A stretch of 64,000 bases of DNA from a virus: IMG/VR virus record IMGVR_UViG_3300032050_000011; one strand, 5' to 3'. The position numbers and the translations under genes were made by a program. The notes under the pieces were generated by a model. The model ran no database searches, had not been told where the DNA came from, and saw only the letters and a list, made by a program, of their open reading frames with translations. Each line of letters begins with the position of its first letter. Positions within the stretch are counted from its first letter, which is position 1. This document shows, one piece after another, positions 57,454 to 64,000 of the stretch.

Positions 57454-59082
57454 CTAGAGTCTATATTTGCCATTTATAGCATTTATAAGCTGACGTTGGC
57501 CATTAGAATAGACTAGGCATGATGAGTTGAGCCAAGAACTCGGACCTATATTGTAGCCTAATTTTAATTTTGAACTTGTACCAACCTGCCAAGCACCGCG
57601 AAGTATCTCAGGTGAGTGGCTGTGCCCTGTGACCGAATTTCCATAAGCAAATTCCATAGACTGAAGCCCACCCCTGGCGCCATTGGCCCCCTTGTCTCCA
57701 TGGGCACCTAGCTGTATTTCTGCTATGCGTAAATCTTGATCTCGCTTTAACCACTTGATTTTATTGATGCATTTAGGATCTAAATTGGCCATTACTTCTA
57801 TGCCATAGCGCAATGGATCTTCGCTTGTAGTAACGTAATGCAGCGCAAGCTCTAGAAAAGACTTATAGTTATACGGATCATTTTTAAAATCGCCACGCTG
57901 AAGAAATCTGTCTAGAAATTCATCATGATTAGATTTTACGACAACCACCTCATCTGCAAGCATAGTTAGATACTCTAGATCACGTGCTACAATATTCAAT
58001 TCTTCGCGCAGATTAAGTTGACCTAGTTCAGCACGTTTTGCCTTAGTGTCAATATTGTGAGCCTCATGGTGATTAATTGACTTGCCATCAAAAAGATCAT
58101 GCATAACTAGTCGCTTTGGCTTAAGCGTTCTGCAGACGTCATCCCATACAATTTTAGTCATAGGACATGTGCTGCCTGAGTGCCAGTCGCCTAGAACAAA
58201 AGCCTCTGGTCTAACTTTTTTTGTTGCGCCAGATGGCGAATACTCTACTCCAAGATCGATAAGTTTGCCATTATTGTCACATTGAAATTGCCTAAAATGA
58301 TACTCATCTGAGTCGCCTATCTCTACTATTAGACCACCCATCACATGATCATAGGCGGCAATATATGCAGTACGATTAGACATATAGTTTGCAGATGTAT
58401 AGTCAGGCACAGTTACAGCGCCTGTCGTCATGAGAAAGTGAGGCAATTTAGTATTAGATACAGGGCTAGACTTTAGTCGCTGCTTGGGCGATGCATATAC
58501 AAAACTGCCCTCACGCTGCCCTATTCGACCTAGACCGATTATAGGATCAATGTGCTTGGCAGCTAGCTTAATTGTAGAAAGAAATATATTTGAGTTTAAC
58601 TCTGTATCTTCTAAAACAATAGCTTCATTAGTTAATCGCTTATCTACTCTGCCAAGCGATCCTCTGTCTAGATTAGAAGCAGGATCAGAGGCTATGAGTA
58701 TTAGCAATGCTGCATCATTTTTTTTACAATAAGACTTAACAGATTTATACATCTTATTATCAAGCTCACAGCCTGTAACAGCTGTTGTGATAACAAATTT
58801 TTTGTTGTTTGCTACAGTTGATCGTAATTTATCTAGCTGTTGCTCGGTCATTAAATCTTCAATGTAAACATCTAGAAAACACCTAGGATACTTCCTACGA
58901 GCCTCTTCATCAAGATTAGACAGAGATCCGTAATGATGCTTGAGCATGTCTTTTGTATATTCTGTATTAGAAGTAAAGTCTTCTACACTAAGATCACAGC
59001 GCATCTTCTTACGAAGAGTCGCATAATCTCGCAGCATAGTCTTCTTCTTATCTGAGACGTTGTTTTGCTTATTAGTTGTCAT
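57454..59082 (-). CDS. metallophosphoesterase-domain protein, T5 A1-like (putative nuclease)
   Basis: GDWH, HDLFDG, SNHD, HGD, GHSH; N-terminal FVITTA, TTGAVT, FRQ. Confidence 0.65.
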   Translation of the reverse strand: MTTNKQNNVSDKKKTMLRDYATLRKKMRCDLSVEDFTSNTEYTKDMLKHHYGSLSNLDEEARRKYPRCFLDVYIEDLMTEQQLDKLRSTVANNKKFVITTAVTGCELDNKMYKSVKSYCKKNDAALLILIASDPASNLDRGSLGRVDKRLTNEAIVLEDTELNSNIFLSTIKLAAKHIDPIIGLGRIGQREGSFVYASPKQRLKSSPVSNTKLPHFLMTTGAVTVPDYTSANYMSNRTAYIAAYDHVMGGLIVEIGDSDEYHFRQFQCDNNGKLIDLGVEYSPSGATKKVRPEAFVLGDWHSGSTCPMTKIVWDDVCRTLKPKRLVMHDLFDGKSINHHEAHNIDTKAKRAELGQLNLREELNIVARDLEYLTMLADEVVVVKSNHDEFLDRFLQRGDFKNDPYNYKSFLELALHYVTTSEDPLRYGIEVMANLDPKCINKIKWLKRDQDLRIAEIQLGAHGDKGANGARGGLQSMEFAYGNSVTGHSHSPEILRGAWQVGTSSKLKLGYNIGPSSWLNSSCLVYSNGQRQLINAINGKYRL

Positions 59083-59464
59083 TAAGGCATTCCTTTAATA
59101 TATATCTATTTATGTACCAGATTGCTTTTTGCAAATCTTCTTTTGTTCTTGTCGGATCTTTTTTACCTGCACGTGAAATATACTTTAGAGCATTAGCGAG
59201 CCTAAAGTCTAATTGCCAGTCTTCAATAACGTCAATTGGCTCTATGGTTGCAAAATTGTAGTGCTTAGGCTTATTGATTACATCTTCTTTTTTGGCAGTG
59301 CTGCTAGTCTGTCTGAGTTTAGCAAATCTAGTTGAATCCTCTTCAAGATAGGTTTCTTGTGGAAGATTTCTTATGATCGCGCAATTACTGCACATACTGT
59401 CATTTTTAGAATATATATCTATGTGTGTATTCATGCCACATTTAGTGCAAGGCCAAACGCTCAT
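59072..59464 (-). CDS. DUF3310-like protein with N-terminal zinc finger
   Basis: INKPKHY, IEPIDVI, NALKYISRAGKK, EDLQKAIWY; CTKC..CSNC. Confidence 0.8.
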   Translation of the reverse strand: MSVWPCTKCGMNTHIDIYSKNDSMCSNCAIIRNLPQETYLEEDSTRFAKLRQTSSTAKKEDVINKPKHYNFATIEPIDVIEDWQLDFRLANALKYISRAGKKDPTRTKEDLQKAIWYINRYILKECLNDN

Positions 59465-59907
59465 CGATCCTCCCAGAGTTTCTTATATATCTTATCGCTT
59501 CTAGGCTGTCTTTTACCGCTGAATGTTTCCAACGGTTCTTTTACTACGAATATAGCACTCTCTAATTCTTCAGAGTCTTTAGTAGAAGACTGCAACGCCA
59601 AATAAACATTTAGATAATGTGCACCCATAGCTTCATTGCCATAAACTACACCTTTATCTGCAGTTATAGCAAAGCATGGTCCTACAATAACATTCGACAC
59701 AATTTTAGTTATATCATGAGATACCTGAGCGACTATGCTTGGTGTTAAATCTGATCTAAAATTTAAATGTAGTACTGTTTTTTCGTACTCAGCAAGAACT
59801 ACTGGCCTTGCATCATCTAAGTAATATATTTCGGCAAGATTATCTACCATCTCGGCATAATATCTTCCGTCTATTGCTAGTTGTTTTAGAATTTTTTTAA
59901 GTGACAA
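59461..59907 (-). CDS. hypothetical protein
   Basis: TTG start, AGGA RBS inside a hairpin. Confidence 0.65.
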   Translation of the reverse strand: MSLKKILKQLAIDGRYYAEMVDNLAEIYYLDDARPVVLAEYEKTVLHLNFRSDLTPSIVAQVSHDITKIVSNVIVGPCFAITADKGVVYGNEAMGAHYLNVYLALQSSTKDSEELESAIFVVKEPLETFSGKRQPRSDKIYKKLWEDR

Positions 59908-59958
59908 TTTTAATCCTATTTTTTATAATAGGATTATACGATGATTTATATTAATGAG

Positions 59959-60819
59959 TTATGGTACTTTAGGGAGTTTTGTCTGAATAGTATCTGGTGT
60001 AGTTGGTACACTTGGAGATTCAGTTAATTTACTTTTTTTTCTTTTTGGCGTTTCTTCTCCGTGATTATTTTCGCCGTCAGTAAAGCTATTGAGTGTAAAC
60101 GTATGAGATATCCAGGGTTTTCCATCTACATGATAGATATCTTGATCATTTGGGTCAACTTGTCCATGTGGAGAGTGGTGTATAGTTACTTTGTCTGGGT
60201 GCGAGAAGTCTACCTGATAATCTTCACTTATGCCCTCTTTTATATACCTATTTAAACTATCTAATTTATTTTGCCTGTCATTAATCTGTGATGGATCTAG
60301 TAGTGAGCGTGATTTCGGACTCAGACTTTCTTCAAGTAGCTCTTTATGATAATTGTTTGTAAATTTTTTCTGTAGATTAACTATATGTCGAGCTCTAAGA
60401 ACGTGCTTCCTGGTTTCTTTATCATCGCGCTTAATTTTTTTAGTATTTGAGGTTAAGAAAAAACGTTCAGGGTCTTTATTTACTGCGTTTATAAGATTTG
60501 CATATATTTTACGCTGATTTGGAGTTACTTCCCTTCCTCCTCTTTTTTTAATTGTGTTATTTACACCTAAAAAAAATGTACCAAGTGTTTCTTTAATTTC
60601 TTGACTTATTCTTTCTTGATCTGCTTTGTTAGAGTGCCAATCGTACGCGCCTAAGCTATGATTCCATATTGGTGTGTATGGGCCGTTCGGATGCTTATCG
60701 TTCTTACTTACTGGAGGTTTAGCTTTTATTAAAAAATCTATGTAGTCTTCTCTAGAGATATGTAGTTTCTCAAGAGTTGAGTCTATATTTTTATGAAGGA
60801 TCCAGTTGTTCCAATTCAT
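59959..60819 (-). CDS. putative internal head protein with WNNWIL leader
   Basis: ATG 60819 (ATGA overlap); leader paralogous to 60816..61340. Confidence 0.65.
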   Translation of the reverse strand: MNWNNWILHKNIDSTLEKLHISREDYIDFLIKAKPPVSKNDKHPNGPYTPIWNHSLGAYDWHSNKADQERISQEIKETLGTFFLGVNNTIKKRGGREVTPNQRKIYANLINAVNKDPERFFLTSNTKKIKRDDKETRKHVLRARHIVNLQKKFTNNYHKELLEESLSPKSRSLLDPSQINDRQNKLDSLNRYIKEGISEDYQVDFSHPDKVTIHHSPHGQVDPNDQDIYHVDGKPWISHTFTLNSFTDGENNHGEETPKRKKSKLTESPSVPTTPDTIQTKLPKVP

Positions 60820-61340
60820 GGCTGAGTTGTCTTTGCTGCTATTGGCTGCCAATTATTGTTACTTAGCGAGTGAGTTGGTTCAGGCATCTTGCTGCCATAA
60901 GGAATCACGTGGGCCTTTATTGTTTTTTGACCACTGTTAAGTGCTTTCCACGCTCTATGCGAACCATCAGCTATATGATAACCACCATCTGCTTGACCCA
61001 TTACTACGATAGGATACTTTAGATCTGACGCTTCAGACCTTGTGTTAAACGCTGGTGAGTTTATGGGTTCATCTGCTTTAAATCCAGTGTGATTCTGAAA
61101 CAAATGACTTAAATGAGATAAATCAAAATCTTGCGCTGGATGATTCGACTGCGCGTGAGACACTAGCTGACCAACGTTCCAGCCTTTACCAGATTCATTA
61201 TCTCCGTATACTTGATTTTTCCAGTCTATTTTGGCTAACTGATTAACTGTTTTAATATAGTCATTTTTAGATAAGCCTAGTTTATCTAGGGTAAATTCAG
61301 CATTTTTTTGAAGTATCCAGTTGTTCCAGTCGGTGCGCAT
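60816..61340 (-). CDS. ParB/Srx N-terminal-like domain protein with WNNWIL leader
   Basis: YPIVV...YHIADGSHRAWKA. Confidence 0.7.
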   Translation of the reverse strand: MRTDWNNWILQKNAEFTLDKLGLSKNDYIKTVNQLAKIDWKNQVYGDNESGKGWNVGQLVSHAQSNHPAQDFDLSHLSHLFQNHTGFKADEPINSPAFNTRSEASDLKYPIVVMGQADGGYHIADGSHRAWKALNSGQKTIKAHVIPYGSKMPEPTHSLSNNNWQPIAAKTTQP

Positions 61341-61354
61341 ACTTTTTCTTCAAT

Positions 61355-61381
61355 AAAAAGGCGACCGAAGTCGCCTTTTTT
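61355..61381 (-). terminator. rho-independent terminator after the capsid gene (cUUCGg loop)
   Basis: AAAAAGGCGAC-CGAA-GTCGCCTTTTTT. Confidence 0.9.
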
Positions 61382-61403
61382 AAATTAAGCTTTTAGTCTA
61401 AAA

Positions 61404-62852
61404 CTATTTGCCTACGTTTCTGAACAAGCAGTTGAATCGTGGAGTGTACACGAAAAGTGCTCCGTAAAGAACAATCGCGAACTCAAGTGCAGTCGTAACG
61501 ATCGCAAAGTTGATTTTAGAAAGAGGAGCAAGTTGCTTGAAGCGCATACATTCAGAAGACATGTCAAGTAGGAAAGCTTCGCCAAGACCAGCGCCTTTAG
61601 CACCAGAATCAGTTATGACTCCAGCGGACTTGTAATTTCCGATGAAAGCTTCAGAACCAGCAGCAGCACCAGCAGCACGACGATAAACTTTATAGAATTT
61701 AGCGCCCGATACAACAGCTACATCAATCTGAGCAGATCCATTAGATTGAACAGTGATAGTGCCAGAAGTTGCTGGAGATCCTTCTCCGTGATCATTAACT
61801 GCAGTCACTGAGTAAACAAAATCTTCACCGCTAGTTAAAGATCCAACTGGGTTTGATGGAGCAACAGGGGCTGCTACAGAAGTTGGAGCAGCTGGAGCAC
61901 CAGCGATACCTACTGAACGAACTCGTCCACGCGGACGTAGGAAAAGATTCGGTTTGAACTCGATGCTACCAGCAGAAGTAGTCATCTTGCTTACATCGTA
62001 ACCTACTGTTTGATTGCTCAAACCTGGGTTAGATCTAAATTGAGGATAGAATTGTTTAATAAAAGAACTTAGAGCAAGTGGCTCAATATGAAGATCGCTT
62101 GGAGATCCAAAGTTCTCAAGAGCAATAACTGCTAGATCTTCTAGATCGTCCTGAGTAAGAACTGCACCAGCAAGATCTTTAGCGATAGAACGAGATTCGC
62201 CCCATCCTTCGAATTCTTTTGATTTTTGTTGAGTATCTTCGTCACCTTTTAAAAGCTGCTGAAGAAGACCGTTCATGGCAATTGAATTTGCTGGAAGATC
62301 TGAAAGCGCACCGTCTTGAGCACCTGTAGCTGCATTAGCAAAGTGAGCATGACCCCAGTACATTTCGCGCTCAACACTCTTAAGAAGGTGCATTGTTCCT
62401 TCTTTTGCTTGTTGCGCAACAACATCACCAACAGTTGAACGAACCAATGTCATCTGGTGACTTACCTTACGGCGAGTACCAAAGAACACGATCCTTTGAC
62501 CATCTCTGATGTATGTTGAATCTTCTTCACGTGGTGCTCCACCTTCTCCGATATATGGAGATGAGTCAGAGCCGACGCCGATTAAACGGTTATATTGCTC
62601 GAATAGGTTATAAGCTTTGTCTACTGAAATAGCTGGCCACATTTTCAAGTTCTTCATGTCGAAAGTAACACTCTTAAGAGTACTTTCTAATGACTCAGCC
62701 TGAAGCACACCGCCATAAACTAGGTCAGTTGGTTTACCCGCACCGCCGTATCCAGCAGTGAGAGCCTTGTTAAGAGCCTCGATTTCTTCAGAAGATACAA
62801 TCCCCTGCTCTAGCCCCTGATTGATTTGGTCTACAGTTTCGTTTCTGTACAT
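61404..62852 (-). CDS. major capsid protein (Herelleviridae-like) with FN3-like insertion
   Basis: LNK|ALTAGYG, GGVLQAESL, EGG, NGL..L, QLAPLSKI, LYGAL; YSVTAVNDHGEG FN3-like segment; strong terminator. Confidence 0.88.
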   Translation of the reverse strand: MYRNETVDQINQGLEQGIVSSEEIEALNKALTAGYGGAGKPTDLVYGGVLQAESLESTLKSVTFDMKNLKMWPAISVDKAYNLFEQYNRLIGVGSDSSPYIGEGGAPREEDSTYIRDGQRIVFFGTRRKVSHQMTLVRSTVGDVVAQQAKEGTMHLLKSVEREMYWGHAHFANAATGAQDGALSDLPANSIAMNGLLQQLLKGDEDTQQKSKEFEGWGESRSIAKDLAGAVLTQDDLEDLAVIALENFGSPSDLHIEPLALSSFIKQFYPQFRSNPGLSNQTVGYDVSKMTTSAGSIEFKPNLFLRPRGRVRSVGIAGAPAAPTSVAAPVAPSNPVGSLTSGEDFVYSVTAVNDHGEGSPATSGTITVQSNGSAQIDVAVVSGAKFYKVYRRAAGAAAGSEAFIGNYKSAGVITDSGAKGAGLGEAFLLDMSSECMRFKQLAPLSKINFAIVTTALEFAIVLYGALFVYTPRFNCLFRNVGK

Positions 62853-62868
62853 TGTCTATCTCCTTAAA

Positions 62869-63549
62869 TTATCTCAGCCCGTATTTACTGGCAATTTCTA
62901 CAACTGTTAAATCATTACCTGTTTCAACTTTAAAAATGTCGGCAGAATCTACTTGTGTACCAGACTTTTTAAGTTCAAACAATTTATTAGCTACCTGCGA
63001 CTTTGAAAGAGGCGCAATTTCCTCTTGTGACTTATGAAGAGGCGATACTCCTGCTGGAACTCCACGACGTTGAACTGGAGCATCAGCTATTGCCTCTACG
63101 ATATTTACTAATCTAGAAATAGTTTTTTCTAGATCACCAATTTTCGAGTCAACATATGACTTCATGAGATCTTGAGTATCTCTGAGAGACTTTTTCATGT
63201 CCTCTTTTTTACTCATTTTTTTCTTATCCTCATCTTCGTCCTCATCTTCGTCTTCATCTTCGTCTTCATCTTCAGCTTTATCCATGCAGTCAGCCTTATC
63301 CATATCGTCTTCGGCCTTGTCCATGTCATCATCTCTTTCATCTTCTTCGTCTTCTTCTTCATCTTCGTCTTCGGCTTTTTTGGCTTCTAGTTTGCCATTT
63401 TTAGACTTGTCGGAAATTCCGCTCTTGTCATCGCCTAGAGAAATTTCTGAAGCTGCGAATTTAGATTTCTTAATCTCTTCAATTTCTTCAAGTGTTTCAT
63501 CAATTAAAGAAGTGAGAGATTTTACCATTTCTTCGTTAGTGAATTCCAT
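62869..63549 (-). CDS. acidic scaffold-like protein
   Basis: Directly upstream of the capsid gene; D/E tracts; repeated KS/KA sites (MDKA x3). Confidence 0.7.
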   Translation of the reverse strand: MEFTNEEMVKSLTSLIDETLEEIEEIKKSKFAASEISLGDDKSGISDKSKNGKLEAKKAEDEDEEEDEEDERDDDMDKAEDDMDKADCMDKAEDEDEDEDEDEDEDEDKKKMSKKEDMKKSLRDTQDLMKSYVDSKIGDLEKTISRLVNIVEAIADAPVQRRGVPAGVSPLHKSQEEIAPLSKSQVANKLFELKKSGTQVDSADIFKVETGNDLTVVEIASKYGLR

Positions 63550-63580
63550 AGTAGCTTCTCCTTAAATAAACTTCTTTATA

Positions 63581-63931
63581 TTATTGGCCCATTCCGTTAA
63601 GATCAGCATGACCAGGCAATTCGCCAGCAGGAATAACTACTGTATTGGCATGGCCGCATACGATACGTAGAACCTGAAATTCAGCAATAGAAGCTGGATC
63701 TGTATCGAGCACGATTTTTCCAGGATTGGCTACGCCGATCCCTAAAAAAGGAGACGCTGATGAATCAATTCCCATCATTGGGGATGTTGCTGGACTTAGC
63801 ACAGCTGCATCTTCATAAGAAATTTCTATTCCTTCAGCAATAAGAAGATCAGCGCTAGGTCTAGATACTGAAAGACCTCTCTGCTGACAGTTTCTCTGGA
63901 TTTTATCCAAAATTTGTACGCTCATAGCCAT
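63581..63931 (-). CDS. hypothetical head-region protein
   Basis: AGGAG RBS. Confidence 0.65.
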   Translation of the reverse strand: MAMSVQILDKIQRNCQQRGLSVSRPSADLLIAEGIEISYEDAAVLSPATSPMMGIDSSASPFLGIGVANPGKIVLDTDPASIAEFQVLRIVCGHANTVVIPAGELPGHADLNGMGQ

Positions 63932-64000
63932 TGTTTGTCTCCTTTACGAGTTCATTAAAAAACTTACATATTACAATGTATCAGATGTTTAAGCTTAAAC

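Noticed and set aside
7341-63565. Many antisense ORFs in the track (for example 7341, 11302, 12430, 41109, 52947, 63197)
   Set aside because: They are shadows of well-supported genes on the opposite strand with low-complexity translations and no RBS
1-64000. Stop-codon (TAG) reassignment suggested by abundant CTAG/TAG
   Set aside because: Conserved genes are intact in the standard code and many end properly at TAG (for example clpS, clpA, capsid)

Overview
A 64-kb segment of a large, AT-rich dsDNA bacteriophage, read in the standard genetic code; I found no tRNA, rRNA, CRISPR array or transposase. Positions 1-37.6 kb are mostly + strand small hypothetical genes plus metabolism and regulation genes. 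These include class I RNR (nrdA/nrdB), ClpS, ClpA, two ClpP, ThyX, a degenerate ThyX, a dCMP-hydroxymethylase-like TS-fold enzyme, dCMP deaminase, a UDG-like protein, ATP-dependent DNA ligase, UvsE, a MoxR-AAA/VWA pair, a trypsin-like lipoprotein and a signal-peptide thioredoxin. Positions 37.6-64 kb are a - strand virion module: a Herelleviridae-like major capsid protein, an acidic scaffold, head proteins, five tandem paralogues with a conserved N-terminus and variable C-terminus, a tail-fibre-like protein and a beta-propeller repeat protein. Four patterns read from the sequence stand out. (1) A candidate two-class, -10-only promoter system (AACAGATTCGATAW x11 and GTATAAT x13, both with leaderless-start geometry) alongside two region-2-only mini sigma factors and two SutA-like proteins. 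(2) A complete phage ClpS-ClpA-ClpP1/P2 set whose ClpS pocket is altered. (3) Unrelated enzymes (transglycosylase, GNAT, ParB-like, HNH-like) that carry shared N-terminal leaders ending in capsid-type K|A/S sites. (4) A probable cytosine-modification pathway. All family assignments come from motif recognition by eye; no database searches were run.
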